This document shows positions 29,836 to 45,704 of a stretch of 64,000 bases of DNA, in pieces. Position 1 is the first letter of the stretch. Each line of letters starts with the position of its first letter. A program made the position numbers and the translations under genes. Origin of the DNA: the human T2T-CHM13v2.0 reference genome, Homo sapiens; the NCBI RefSeq assembly GCF_009914755.1, contig NC_060926.1; one strand, 5' to 3'. The notes below the pieces were generated by a model. It did no database searches and was not told the DNA's origin. It saw only the letters and a program-made list of their open reading frames with translations.

Positions 29836-30574
29836 GAGTGCGCACACACATGTGAATGTTGGGGGTGGGGACCTCATGTCTGCAGGCTGGCTCGGAGGGA
29901 GAGAAGGTCCCCAGCAGCTGCCTCCAGGCTGAAGTCCCTGTTGCCTGGAGTCCCTCTCTTCCTGGGCACTATGCCAACCTACACCATCTGAGCTCCTGAG
30001 CCCTGGGGAGGGTGCTGAGCCTAAGAAAAGCCTCCTTTCACATCTCCTGGCATCTGCTTCCAAATTCCCTGCCAGCCCAGAGCTGTCTGGGCGATGACCA
30101 GAATGGAGAGTGAGGAGCAGAAGATGGAGATGGGGCCACACATGCCCCAAGCTCCCCCCACCACACCCAACCCATTCATCAAGACTAGCTTCATGGATCT
30201 GCTAGTTTTCCACTGTGGGCACTGGGCAAGGCAGGCCAGTAGGAGAGGGGCCATCTCCACGCAAAACCTAATACCTGGCAGATGGTGGTGAGGGCAGAAG
30301 ATGCCATTCTCCGGGGAGACTGCGAAAGGAGGAGGCAGCCCTGGGGCTTTCATTGGAGGCCAGAAGAGATGAGGGAGGGAAGTCAGGGCAGCAGCGACTC
30401 CAGTGACTCTGCAGCAGTGGAAGTGCTCAGAGGCGAGGCATGGGACAGATGGGACCAGAAATGGTGAGGGAGTCAGGAGAGGCCAGGCCAGTAGGGCGGG
30501 ATCAGGTGGTGGATGGAGAGTCCACTTACTGGCCAGGAAACCCCCAGACTGTATTGTGTGGACTGGGGGAACTA

Positions 30575-31330
<756 letters not shown>

Positions 31331-34031
31331 CTAACCGCAAGGTCACCCAGCCACCTAGCAAGAGATGGGCTCAGAGAGGCAGTGTGGGTGGAGGGGAAGC
31401 AGCAGGCCCAGAATCAAGAGGCTGGGGTCCCAGGTCCAACTCAGGAGCTGCAACTGCAGGCGACACACCCAATCTTTCCAGGCTTCGGTGTCCCCGACTG
31501 TTGAATGGACACCACCCCGCCCAGTGAGCCACAGGGATTCAACAGGAATGGCCCTGCACTGCTCACTATGTTGGGGACCCCTGGGACACAGTGCTTGGGG
31601 ACTGGGGCCCTCCATCTGGAGTGGCTGGGGCATAGACAGGGCACAGTGCCCCTTTGGACCAGAGCAAGTATAGGGGACTTCTGAAAGGAAACAGTGCCAC
31701 ATAGCTAACGTCAAAGGCCAGCAGGCAGAAGCCCAGCCCTCTCCCTCCCGTCCCTCAGGCTGCATTGTTCCTGTCTCTGCCTTGCTCTGCCTTTCTCGGG
31801 CTTCTCTTCCCCCGCATGTGGCTTGGGCTTACCCTGGTCCCAGCCAGGACTCACCTCTTTCTAACCCTGCAGCTCAGCCCCTCACAGCTGACCCAGCCCC
31901 TCAGCCCATCACAATTCCTGGAAGAGAGAATGTGAATTGCTAAGCCCAGCCAAGTCCTCTCAGCCCAGGTGCCCAACCCTGGTCCAATCTGCTCTGGTGC
32001 CAGGATGACATGGTACAAAGGGGCTGCCTAGGTCCTCCCTTGACTAGGGTTGCTGTAGGACAGACAGTTCCAAAAAGGTAGAAGCGGGCAGAGCCCGCAA
32101 CTATGCCCACCACAGAGAGCCTCCCTGGATCCCTGACCCCTGCACTCCAGCTTCCCCCTCTCACCTCCTGCTCTGTCTGGCTCAGGGCCACACTGACACA
32201 TCCCTAGGACAGAAAGGACAGGCTACCCAACTTCAGGGTGCATCTACCTGGCAGAAAGCAGGGTGGGGCGAGGCTCAGGAGAGAGGAGCTTTGGCTAGGA
32301 AGGCCTCTTCCATCCTCACAGTTTGAGCACCTGCTGTATGCACGGCACCAAGACTGCAAGGCCAGATTCTGCCTAGAGTGGAGTACAATGGTCTTGGGAT
32401 GTTGGCCTGTTGGACATGCTTTCTATGCGCTTTGACAAAGGGAGTGGTCCTGGGGACATCTGAGGGGGTCAGACAAGGTTGAATCCTACCTTTGCCAATT
32501 TTTATCTGTGTGACCTTGGGCCAGCAGTGTCTAACCTTCCTGAACCTTAGTTTCCCCATCAAAAAGGAGCAAATCATGGCCACCTTCAGGTCATGGGGAA
32601 CATTAGGGATAACAAGTGTGAGGGCATCCAGGTTCCCTGCCACCATTGCCACTGTTCACGGAGGATACCATAGCACAGGCTCCGCTCAGGCGTGTGAATG
32701 CCTCCCTTTCTCGCCCTTACTTCCTATGCTCCATCCTCTGCATTCCCACCTGCAGCCCAGACTCAGCTGCACAGAGGGGAGGCCAGCAGGACAGCACCCA
32801 CGCAGGGGTCCAGGCCTGAGCCCTGACCACCTCCCAAAAGGCTTGTCCAGTGCCCAGCACCCTTCCGTGTGAGCCAGCCCTCATCCCCCGTGCTGTGTAG
32901 GCAGACTTGACTAAAAGGAGCTTTGCTCAGAGTCACCGCTGTACATAAGGAGATGGGTAAATAGGCCAGCCAGCGCCTGCCAAGAGAGGCCCACCGAGTG
33001 GCAGAGATGGATGTGACGTGGGGAGAGCAGAGGAGGCTCCTGGGGCCACAGCAGGAAGGAGGCTTCCTGGGGGAAGGCAAGGTGCAGGGGGAGGAACAGC
33101 AGCTAGCACTGCATCAACGTAGGAGAGGTGCTGACTATTGAGAAAGGAAGGGAGGTCTCTGCACTAACTCTATAAATCTGAAACTGTTCTAAAATTTAAA
33201 AGTTGGTTTTAAAACATAGTAAATGGCAAACAAACCAGAAAAGAAAGAAAGAAGGAGGAAAAGAGAGAGTGTAGCCTCAGACATTGACCTTGATCCAATC
33301 TGTAGTGACAACCAGGGCCAAGCAGCTCTGCACACCAGCCAGGTGTTCACACTGACTCTGAACAATGTTTCCAGGTGTCCAGGGTCATCTTCCAAGGCTG
33401 CAAGACGTGGAAAATGCCATGCTTCCAGCCACAGGAACGCTGGCAAGATGCCTGGGCCTTCTGACTCCCTTTCCAGGTTCCTGGGTCCCGCTTTCACCGA
33501 ATGGGCCCCTCTGGCACAGATGTATCATATCCTGGGGCAAATCTTTGCTCAGAGCCATTTCCCACCTGCCTGCTGGCAACTGTTTTAGAACAGTTTCAGA
33601 TTTCTAGAGTTAGTGCAAAGACCTCCCTGCCTTTCTCAACAAGTCTTTGTTCCCAGAGGGCAAGATCCAGCTGGCCTGTCTCTGCATCCTCTCTTCACTT
33701 AGCCTAGTGCCTGGCACAGAGTAGTAGGTGCTTAAGAAATGTTTGCTCAATTAATTAATTAAGACAAGCTAAGAGGGAATAAAGCCATTTTCGCCTTGCT
33801 GATTTTCCAGATGATATTCTTGAGACCAGGCAAGTGCCGCAGGCTCCCTGGGGACCCTGCTTCCCACTCAGCCTCCCCAGGTGCCACAGCTCCCTCTGCC
33901 AGAGGCAGGGTGTCTTCTTCCAGGGCTGGCCATGAGCCCCCAACAGCCTGTGGCCAGCCTCAGCCTGCGGCCTCCTGCCATTTGGCTCAGGCCAGTGGAT
34001 GGGTCCTCTGTGGAGACCCAGTGCACTCTCA

Positions 34032-34480
<449 letters not shown>

Positions 34481-36452
34481 GGAGGGATGCATCAAGGTCC
34501 CCTTAGATGGGCCATGGATCCTGATCCCTGGGCCCCAGCCCAGAGACCCTGGAGGCCACATACCTGTGTGGCCTTGTCCAAATCACCAACCACTCACTCA
34601 GCCCAGTCTCCTTAGCTGAAAAGCCAGGGCACCTGCCTTCTGGCATGCAGCATCCATTCAACTAACATTAGTTAGACTGGACAAGGTGACCGGCCTGAGC
34701 TTGTCCCCTGGCTCAGACATTCACTAGCTGTGTGGGCTTGAATGAGTCATGGAAACTTTCTGTGTCTCAGTTTCCTTATCTGCAAAGTGGACATAATACT
34801 CATCTAAAATGTTTGTGAAGACTAAATAAACGAATGCGCAGAAAGCACTTACTACAGTGTACAGCGTCTGGAATACAGGTGCTTAATAAATGTGAGTTTT
34901 ATTATTACTACGGCTGCTTTTGTTGTTACTACCACCATTAGCTGCTGTGTGCCAGGCACTGAGCCACTAAGAAGTACAAGGCAGTACCCCTGCCCTCGAT
35001 AGCCTCTGCGTACAGACTTACAGGACAAAATGACAGCCAAAATAAAAAGCAGCAGCAGCTAAATAAATGAAAGAAAGCAAAGGCCCAAGTCCCCAAGATC
35101 CTGGTCTCCTGCATGAGATGAGTGGCAGGGAGTAGAGGAGAAGCTGGGTACCAACACGATTCCCAAATGTTCTGGCTTGTCTTGGCATGGGAGACTCAGG
35201 CAGGGACACGTGGCCATCTCCTCCCTGACTCCATGTGCCCCTGAGGGCCGGGAGGGTGTAGGGGCCGGGTCGGGGATTTTCCACCTAGCTCTGCCTGCCC
35301 CTCCGCTTCAGCTGGGGAATGTTACAATCAGAGCTGGGCTGGCCAGGCCGGCCCCAGGTCCCTCACCCTCTCCACAGCATCTGATCAGTGCCCACCAGGA
35401 CTGTCGGTCTGGCATACACCCAAATGCCCAGTGTTATTGCTTTGGGCCAGCTGACATTCCCAGTGGCCTTTGTCTGACTGAAACTATTGCTGTCTCCACT
35501 GTTTGTGAGGGAGAGAATGTGGCCCTCTGAAAGCCCACAATCCTAGAACGCTGAAGGGCCTCAAGAATGTCTTCTAAGTTCTTCATTTCCCAGAAGAAGC
35601 GCTCGAGGCCCAGAGAGGGGCAGCGTCTTGCCTGGGATCACACAGCAGCACAACTAGAACCACACCCCAGGTCTTCTGACTTCCATCTTGGTGTGAAGAG
35701 TCCCGGGGCAGCCAAGTGCAGCAGAAAAAAACTGCCTTTGAATTTCAAGTTTGATTCTACCATTTATGGCCTGAGATGAAACACTGTCTCTCTCTCTGAG
35801 CCTCAGGTTCCACATCTGTAAAATAGGAATAATAGCACCTCCTCTAAAGGACAGCAATGCAAGCTCAAACAATAGAATGTATAGAGATTGCTTTGTAATT
35901 GATAAAGTCCTGCACAAATGAAATACAAGGGATTATTATTCTAGAACTCAGAGCACAGCACATATTAAGGACTCAAAAACACCTGCTGGTTGGAGTGGAG
36001 AAATGTTTGAAGGATGATGAGTAATGAACAAAGGGCCCCTGGAGCACTGATTTGTTTAGGTGGGTGAGATCAGGGAAGGTTTCAGAGAGGGGGTGACTTT
36101 TGAAATGGGCTTTGATGGAGGAGTAGAAGCCCAACAGGCAGAACAAAGAGCACGAGCAGTGTCCAGAAATGTGGAAAGGGGCCCTCCCAAGAGCTGCTGA
36201 CACCATGTCCGCAGCCAGGTTTAGGCACCAGATCCTGCTCAAAATGTACCCCTCTCCTCAGGGCCTCTGCATGGTACATGGAATAGGAGCAACTAGCGAT
36301 TTACTCAATGCTAAAATACAACTTTTCAGGGAAGAAGAGACATAAGGGATCTTCTAATCTAACTTCTCTTTTGAAGGTAGGAAAAATTGAGATAAGAAAA
36401 CTGACTCAGATAAGTCTCAGGGAGCTGGCGTGGCTTAACAAACACCCTGCAG

Positions 36453-36677
36453 TAGGCTTAGCAAACTAGGGACTATGGACTGAATCTGGCCCACCACTTG
36501 TTGCTGTCAATAAAGTTTTATTGGAACACTAAATTTGCCATGCCCATTGTCACGTAGTATCCATGGCTTCTTTCTTGGTTCTATGGCAGAGTCAAGTAGT
36601 TGCAAGAGACCACAGACTCATAAAGCCTAAAGTATTTACTATCTGGCCCTTTACAGGAAACAGTTTGCTGACCCCTG
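36453..36677 (+). mobile_element. MER58A hAT-Charlie MITE
   Basis: gcaaact...aatctggccc...aataaagttttattggaacac...aagcctaaagtatttactatctggccctttacag...gtttgctgacccctg. Confidence 0.88.
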
Positions 36678-37989
36678 TCATACAGCAAGGTAATAGTAGA
36701 GCTAGGATGGTAGCCAGGCCTCCTGACTCCTAGTACTTTGTAATTCCTATGCACCATCACCCTCTGGGCCCCGCCCTGCCCCCATAACACTGCCCACTGG
36801 GTGAGATTTCAGGCAGCCAGACTCTGGGCCTACACCTAGGCTGGCCTCTGCTGCTCCTCAGACCCAACAGGGCTTCCAGTTGGGAGAAGTTCATTCCCTT
36901 TAGGAGATTGTGGCAAGGAGATACCAACACACCCCTGTTTCTCCTCAATGGGCTCAACAGGAAAGGCCTGGGAGTGTAAATGTGTAAGACTCGGGCCAGC
37001 CAGATGCCAGCGTCATGGACAGGGCCTTGAAAAAAGCATGTGGGGGAAAACTGGCACCTCAGCCATCCGCGAAGAGGGCCAAGTCCACTTTAAATTGTGC
37101 TGTGGAATTCCTTTCTCAATGCCAGGCTGTTCCTGGTGGATTCATTTAATTAAAACCCCACCAGATCCAATCTGTTAGAAGCTCTGAGCTCACAGATGCC
37201 CTGTCCAGCTGGTCATGAGGATGCAGACAGGCCACAGGCCTGGGCCATGGCACCTGGCTCAATGGCTAGCTTAGAACAGGCCCCACCGGCCCCAGGTCAG
37301 GGCCCTGCCCAGGACCCCCAGGATAACTGGCTGGTGGTGTGGCATTGCCTGCTTTAGCCCTCACGCTCTGCTTATCCTCTCCGTCTCCATTCTGTTCAAA
37401 CCTCAGGCTCATCTCTGATGCCTCCCTCTCCCTCAGTCATTCATTCAACAGAAATTGATGAAGCAGCAGCTCTGTGCCAAGCCCCCTTCCAGGTGTGAGG
37501 GATCCAGTAGCAAACAAAAGAGATGAGAACCCCTGTCCTCATGGGGCTTACAGTTTCACCCATGAATGCAGGGCATCCCACACACCATGCATCCACTCTC
37601 CTCCCCTCGCCCCTTCCTGTCCTCTCCTTTCTCGGCCCCTCGCCCCTACCTCCTCCTCTCATCCCGAACTCTTGGATCCTCCGCTTCCCTCTAGCTCAGG
37701 CCTGAGCACTTGACAACTGGACCATGCAGAGGACCTCAGTGGATCCACCTGCCCCCATCTCCCACAGCCACGCCCCTGCCCAGGGTTGCCAGGCATTCAG
37801 CTCAATATCTCTCTGAGCACAGCCCTCCCCTGCTCAGGAGCCATCCATGGCTCCTCATTGCCTTAAAACGAAGACTTCATTCCTGAACCCACCCTTGAAA
37901 GCACCTCAAATTTTGGCCCCTTCTCACCTTGACGATCTTCACTTTTCAACTGTACTTCCTGTTCCAAGAACGCCAGAAGAACTTGTGCT

Positions 37990-38840
37990 GTTTTTAGGTT
38001 TATAATATTCATCGTTTTCTACTTACAAAAGTAATAGTTTTTTGTAGTGAAGAATTTATAAGAGGAAAATTAAAATTAATCACGAGCCCATTATTCAGAG
38101 ATAAGCTATATGAGCTTTAGAATATTTCCTTACAGCTATATATGTGTGTGTACTCATACAAAATGTATATGTGAATACACTTTTTTTTTTGAAACAGGGT
38201 CTCCCTCTGTCACCCAGGCTGGAGTGTAGTGGTGCAATTACTGCTCACCACAGCCTCGACCTCCCGGGCTCAAGGGATCCTCCCACCTCAGACTCTTGAG
38301 TAGCTGGGACCACAAGCACAAGCCACCATGCCTAGCTAATTTTTCGTTTTTTTCTAGAGATGGGTCTCACTGTGTTGCCCAGGTTCGTCTCGGATTCCTG
38401 GGCTCAAGCGATCCTCCCACCTCAGCCTCCCCAAATGCTGGGTTTACAGGCATGAACGAGTGTGCCCAGCCACATTTTTCATATTTTCATATTAGCGTGG
38501 GATCCCACAATATAGAAAGCGTTGTCTCCTACTCTTTTAATTTAACATGATGTGGTAGTTTTCTATGTAATCAAGAGACTGTTCAAGAACTGCACTTTAA
38601 TGGTCACACAATATTCCACCACATAAATATACCTTAATATGTTTAACCAAACTCTATTGGTGGATATTTGGACTGTTTACAATTTTTCACAATGAAAATG
38701 CTGCTATAAACATCCTTGTTCATAAATCTTTGTTCTGATCTCTGGTTATTTTCCGAGCAGAGATTCCTAGAAGTGCCACTGCAGGGCCACTGGGTAGACA
38801 CATTTCTAAGCTTCTTGATTCGTATCATGCAGCTGCCTTT
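37990..38840 (-). mobile_element. Ancient L1ME-type fragment interrupted by an Alu
   Basis: AT-rich; tattccac...ggtggatatttggactgtttacaattttt...atgctgctataaacatccttgt...gattcctagaagtg. Confidence 0.65.
38181..38471 (-). mobile_element. AluJ, antisense
   Basis: T tail, cagggtctc...gggctcaag...tgtgttgcccagg...cccagcc. Confidence 0.88.
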
Positions 38841-39522
38841 CTGAGAGAGTCTGCTGGCCCCCACACCAACCCCATTTGTGAGCACACCCACCAGTCCCAC
38901 GCAGGTCTATTTTCTCTGACCTTAACACATCATGTGTCATCCTAACATTGTATCCTTGCCTCAGTAGCTCCCCTCATCAGAACCCTGCATTTCCTATCCA
39001 CCCTTCAGAGCTCAGAGCAAATGTCACCTCCTCCATGAAGCCCTCCCTGATAACCCAACCAAAGTTCTCTATGTCCAGCCCTCCTTCAGCTTCTGTCTTA
39101 AATCCCTCCTAAAACATTTCCCACCTTTGCCATGCATTTTAATAATTTGTGTAATAATAACCTCTGCTTTATACAGGGCACTGAAGTTTTCAAAGTGCTT
39201 CCACTGAGAGGTTTCATTTGATTCAATCCCAGATGGAAAGTGTTTTGAGGTCAGGGACCTCATCAATAGATCATCTAGGTCTATTTCTCCTGGCTACATC
39301 ACCAACTCAAGTCCAGCACAACCTCAAGCTAGCCCTTGTGTAACAGAAGTGTTTCACCAGCCCTTGTTACTCCTTGGCCTATCAGAACAGACTTCAAGAT
39401 GCTCCCTTCTGCAGCATAGGGCAGTAAAAGATGACATGAGGGCCCTGGATTCCAGTCCTAGCTGTGTCACTGAGTTGCTGTGACCTTGGGCTAGTCCCTG
39501 CTCCTCTCTCAGCCTCAGTTTA

Positions 39523-39868
<346 letters not shown>

Positions 39869-41580
39869 TCACACCAGGACTGATCGCTCCTAAGGTCCCT
39901 ATCCCCAGGCACCCAGAGCAGCCCTGGGGTGCCTCTGAGGGCCTCTGCACAAAGCCGGCCTCTGGGATGGGCCAGAAGGAGCTGGCCAGGGAGGCAGGCC
40001 TGGCTCTAGGCCAGGCTGTGTCTGCAAACACTGACCTTGGCTGCCGCAGGGATTTTCCATGACACCAGCACCCTCCCTCTGAGCTCCCTGCATCACACAT
40101 GGGCCTGAGGAGGGTGGGGGATGGGGGCTTTGGGGGTTTGTCCTACATCAGAGGCCCCAAGATCAGTACTAGGGCCACCTGTGGATGGGAGGCAGCTCAA
40201 GGCAAGAGAGGAGACAGCAGTGGGCCCAAGAGTGGGGAGTCCAGGAGGAAGCATGGAGCAGGGAGAGAAGCTGCTGGGGGTAGTGGGGGGAAGAGCTGGG
40301 AGAGGAGATGGGACAATGGGAAGAGAGGCCTCGGGAAGGGGCAGGGCAGAAGAAGCGGATAGGTGCTGTGCTTCAGAGCTGTCCTTCCCAGGAGCTCTGG
40401 CCTGAAGAGGGACAAACTCCAGATCCCATTCTGTACATTGGTCCCACCCCTACCCCAGCTCCATGAGACCCGGTGGTTCCCAGGCCTAGCTAGGGGCTTG
40501 CCCAGGCCCAGTGCAGGGGGGATTCCTTCTGAACCTTGAAGCTGACCTCATTTTGAAGGGGCCAGAGGCCACAGTGAAGGCAGGAGCTATGAGTCACCCG
40601 AGGCCCTCCTGCCAAGGGCCACCTCCCGTCCCCATCCTGGATGTCTAAGGGGTGGTTTCTCATCACCATCCCAGACCTCAGAGTCCTTCAGAACTGGAGC
40701 CTCTGGGTTCTGCAGCCCTCCCACCCCAGGCCTGTGCTGGACACTGAGGGGACAAGCCAGCCCTGCAGGACTCCTCTGTGGACATGAGTGCCCAAATACA
40801 GGGTGGGGGCCTGAGAGGGGCAGAGGGAGGAGAGGCCTCTTCAGTGCCCAGAGAAGGTTCCCAGAAGGTTCTCGGGAAAGGCAGTGTCTGAGCTGCATCT
40901 CACAGGAGGAGGGAGAGCACCTGCGCCCTCCTCCCGTCTCCACCAAGCTGCAGCCCCTCCCTCCTCTCCTCCCCCAAGACCTGGGCACAGAAGCTAGGCT
41001 CCTTCCGCCTCATCTCCTTTAACATGCCAATTAGGCTCCCTCAGAGCCTGCAGTCCCACTTCCTGGTTCCACACTGCTGCCATCCCCACAACTGAGGGGC
41101 GGCTCCATGTCTGTGCCTCAGGCGCCTGAGCTGGTTCCTCGTGGGCCCTCCCCTGGGTGCCCTCTGAGCCCAGCTGCCCTCTGCCATCCAGCAGGGGAGC
41201 CCAGCCTTCCTCTGAGGGCCCTCCCTGTGTCTTGCAGCCCCCAGAGCTGCCTCTGTCTCCCCCAAGCCCGCACTCCTCTCTGGCTGCCACACCAGGCCCA
41301 AGCCACACTGAGGTCACTTCGGCATCAGCCCAGAGTTCACGGCCTTTGGGCACCTCAGGCCACAGGTCCCTCATCCACCTTCCCTCAGGACAAACATTAG
41401 CCCAGCCATTGCCTATTTACATTAGATAACTAGGTCAGCCTGGAGACAGGCACAGCTGGCATTGCCAAGGGCTGTGGTTTCTAATCTACAGAAGGGCTGG
41501 GCCACCCAGAGAAGGAGATCAAAGAATCATATCGTCAGAGACCTGGGGGAAGGACCTCAGAGGTTCTTGATACTGCACAG

Positions 41581-41874
41581 GAGCGTTTCCCAAACTGTGC
41601 TCCCAGAAACACTTGCTCGGTAATGTGCACTATGAGAAAAGTGCTCCACGGTCAAGGAAGTGGGAAGACAGGCACCTTTTCCTGGCCTTGATCGACCTTG
41701 CACATGAACACATACATAGCCCTGAGAAAGCCTAGGCTCAAATCAAATGATGGTGAATCCTGTTAAATTCAGCATTTCCCCAATTTAATTGAGCCAAGCA
41801 ACTCTTTTCTCATCCAACAGTTGTTAACATTCCATGGAACTGGTATTTCAGAAAAATAACTTGAGTAAACACTG
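41581..41874 (+). mobile_element. hAT-Charlie MITE (Charlie4a-like), intronic copy
   Basis: TIR-like agcgtttcccaaactgtg ... ttgagtaaacactg; internal ggtcaa...ggaa and cagcatttcccc arms. Confidence 0.55.
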
Positions 41875-44800
41875 ATCATAGAATGTTGGCACTGAAAGGA
41901 ACTTTAAAGATCATCAAATCTTGGTGCTCCCCAAAATATTCATATTAATAATTCATATTTATTGATCTCAATGTCCTAAGCATGTTAAGTCTATGAACTC
42001 AATCAAGTCCCCACACCAAGTCTATGAAGTGAGTACTTCATTATTCCCATTTTACAGACGAGAAAACTGAGGCACAGTGGATTAAGCAGTGTGGCCAAAG
42101 ATAAAGTTGTTTGGCTTCAGAGCCTGTGATCTTCTCTACTCCACTAAACTGCAGAGATCCTCTCCCTGTGTTCAGTATTTCAAACATACAACAATAACTT
42201 AACTCCATCTCAAAGAGTCAATTATCTCAGGCTAATCAGACTTTCTGACTGGCAGATGTGTGCTTAATTAATTTTGATGGGGAAAGAAATTAATTATGGT
42301 TCTAACAATGATTTATTCAGTGCCTGCTCTAAAGAGTATCCACACTGCACTGATCACCACATCGAACTTCATAAATAAAATCTTCCAAAATTTTGCCTCT
42401 GTGAATGGGTGAGTGAACAGAGAAAATAATAAAAGGCAGTGGGAAAAGCTGGGAACCTCATCTCTTGCCCTATCTTCCATGTCACAGATGAGGAAACCTG
42501 AGGCCCAGAAGGAACTTGCCAAGACACAAAGCTGTCTTTGATCAGGGTCAGGTCAGACCCCAGATCTCCTGCCTCCTAGCCCCATGCTCTTTCCTCTGCC
42601 CAAGGCTGTGGCCAGCATCCTGGCCTTGTGGCCAGCTAGGCCAAGGGTAGGAGGTCAAGCAAGCAGACTAGCAGGCATAGGAGGCCAGTGGGAAACAAGC
42701 AGCCAAGCCCAGTCCAGCCAAGGCCATGACCAAGGGCTCAGAGTGGCTAGTTGTGCTTTGAATAGAAGGAAATAAGCCACAGGGAGAGAAAGACCAGTAA
42801 AAGGGAGGACCAGACCCAATCCCACTCCCACACCACCATCCCCACCCCGCATCTCCCTGGAAGACAGCTTCAGCCAGTTTCTGACCTCCTTGGTGATTCT
42901 GGGAGGAAAACAGAGGAACTGAGGTGGCCCAGGGTTTGCCTCTGATCTCTTGGTTTTCCTGCTGCCCTAAAATATTTACACTAACAATTAATTTTTATGT
43001 CCAGCCACCTGGCTTCCTTAGGTGGATTCTGTGCCTCCAGCCAGGGTCCCAGGCCACCTCTTAGCTGAGTTGCTCCCAAGTAGGAGCTGCTGGGCCATGA
43101 TTGAATGAAGAGGCCCTGGTCATACCTGAGCTGGAGGGCAGTGGACAGAGCATTGGTTTTAGAACCAAGTATCCTGGGTTATAATCCTGGTTCTGGCATT
43201 CACAAGCTGTGTGACCTTGAACAGATTGCTTTCCCTCTCTGGGCCTCCATTTCCTCATCTGTACGATGTAAAGACTGAACCAAATGATGGCTAAGGGTAT
43301 TTCTGGATCTGAGAACCTTAAAACCTATGTTGGATTCAGGGAAAGGAGGCTGGGAGAGGAGGCGGTATGGATAGTCCTGGTAGTTTTCTGAGAGGCAGTG
43401 GCCAGAGTCTCCCGGTCAGAACATCTGCTCTGGTTGATCAGCCCAGCAGGTACTGCGAGAGAGGGTCCTCAGAGAGTCAGCCACACAGAAGGACAGATGC
43501 AGCCCCTCACCCAGAGACTCGAAGGCCTGGACAGAGGAGAGAAGATAGAGAACACCTTTTGCCCCCTGCCTCATAAAGCCAAGCGCGACATGGGCAAGGA
43601 CCAGGCAGGCAGCGGGCCTGCTGGCAGGCAGACGGGTCTTGCCAAACTCCCACTTACTTCCCAGAAGCTCCAGGGCCCCCTGGGAGTGGCTCCACCCAGC
43701 TGGCACCCCTCCAAGTTGGGCGCCCACGTCAGCAGGTCCTCACACTCCCTTGCCCTTTCACCCAGTGACAATGGGACAGGCAATGGGGTGGGGGGCACCC
43801 TAAGCCGGATACTTGGAGAAGCGTCTGACTGCCTGAGCATGGCCCTCCTGTTACCACCTCTGCTGCAACTGGCTCAGAGCAACGCCTGAGGCTGATGCCC
43901 AAGTGAAATGCTCTCCTCCCAAGGCCTCCCGGCCTGGTCGCCCTTCCTGGGTGATGCATTGGCTCCCACGTACCGGAATGAATGCTGAGTCAGAAAGGCC
44001 CAGTGGCCTTGGCCAACACCCAAGGCCTCTCTGGACTTCATGACACCAACTGTAATATGAAGATAGTCATAATAGTGACCTTGTAAGAAGTTTTTGAGGA
44101 TTAAGTTAAAAATACATCTGAAGGGTAAGAACTTATTATTCTTAAGCCTCAGCCTGCGGTAGGAAGTGAGATTGAGCCCTGGGGGCATGTGACCCCAAAG
44201 AGGAGGCACATCTAGGCCAGGGCTGCCTGGACAGGGCAGTGGCTGTGGTGGAGCATGAGGTGCTGCCTGGGATAAGAGCCTCTGGTTAAGCCTGGATGTG
44301 TCATTTGCTTTGAAAGTCACTAAGTTCAACAGGATGAAGGGCAGAGGAAGGGGTTGTCACTTGCAGCTGAAGCTGGGTCCTGAGGAGCTAGGTCTTTGTG
44401 GGCTGGGGTAGGAGAGGCGAAGGAGGGCCACGAGGCAGTGTGGGAAGCACTGTGGAGAGGAGGGGCCGGCTTGGCTGGGTGTGGGATGAGGACGGGTCTC
44501 TGGGGTGGCCGCAGGGTATAGCAAAAGAAGGGCAAGGAAGGGATGTGTGGCTCCTTGAAGCTGGGCGCTTTGTGAGCACAGTCACAGTGGGCAGTGAGGC
44601 TGCCAGACAGGGGGCACTGGCTTTTCCTAAGAGACGGTGGGCCCAGGGAAGTCACGGCCTATGACAAACACAGGACAAGGGAGCAGTGGTGGCAGAGAGG
44701 GGGTGAGGGCCCCTGATGGTGGTATGTGTCTGCCTGACCCCACAGAGATGGCCCTGCCCCCAGGCCCATGCTCTCAGGTCACCCTTCCCCTGTGAGATCC

Positions 44801-45646
44801 CACGACCACTGCTTCCATCTCGCAAGCTACAGCTTCCAAAGAGCTCTAACGCCCAGTCTCTCCTGTGCTCCTGCAGAGGGCTCTGGCGGGCAGCGAGGGT
44901 GGGGGTTAATAGCTCTAGCTCAATCTTCCAGAGTGTAGGAAAGACAAGTGAGCCCAGAGAGGGGTAGGGATTTGTCCAAGGTCACACAGCTATCACGTGG
45001 CCAAGCTGGGGCTATGTCCATGCTCCCTACTTCCTGTTGAGCCCCATCCATGGTGCCATGCCCTCCCCTCTCCACCAAGTAGTGCCGGCCTGGAGGACAG
45101 GGAAGGACGGGATGAGAAGCAGCTCTGGCTCAGGGCCTGCCCAGTTGTCGAGGTGAGTTGTGGTCTGGCTGCCATGGCCCAGCTGGCGGGCACAATCTGT
45201 TCTCACCCTACTGGAGCACAGACGTCCTAAGCACAGTGGCTCTACAGCTCAGCTGTCCAGGTCCCTAGCAAATGGTGACACAGTTACTGGCCCGACGCTG
45301 TGGAGGGGGTCAGGGGAGCTGGTTCTAAGGGCAGCCCCAAGCAGCTGTCCCCAGAGCTCCTTGAGCTTTAAGATCCAAATGGCCCTGGGTTGACAGAGGT
45401 GCCAGCTTTACTGGAACTGAGCTGCCCTCAAGCCTGGCTGCTCTCTTGGAAACATGACAGTAATCTGGCACTTCACTCATTATTAATCACAGTGAGCCAT
45501 TATTGAGCACTTGATAGGTACCAGGCTCTGGGCTAAGTGCATTACACACATGATCTTACTTATTCCTCCCCAAAGTCCTGTGAGGCAAGTGTATTATTAA
45601 CCCCATTTTATAGATGTGGAAACTAAGGCTCAGAGAAATCATGCAT

Positions 45647-45649
45647 ACA

Positions 45650-45701
<52 letters not shown>
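45647..45701. repeat. (CA)n(GA)n compound microsatellite
   Basis: Direct reading. Confidence 0.92.

Positions 45702-45704
<3 letters not shown>

Noticed and set aside
35760-35769. Third perfect CArG box CCATTTATGG
   Set aside because: Lies in a MIR-like sequence; a few CArG matches per 64 kb are expected by chance.
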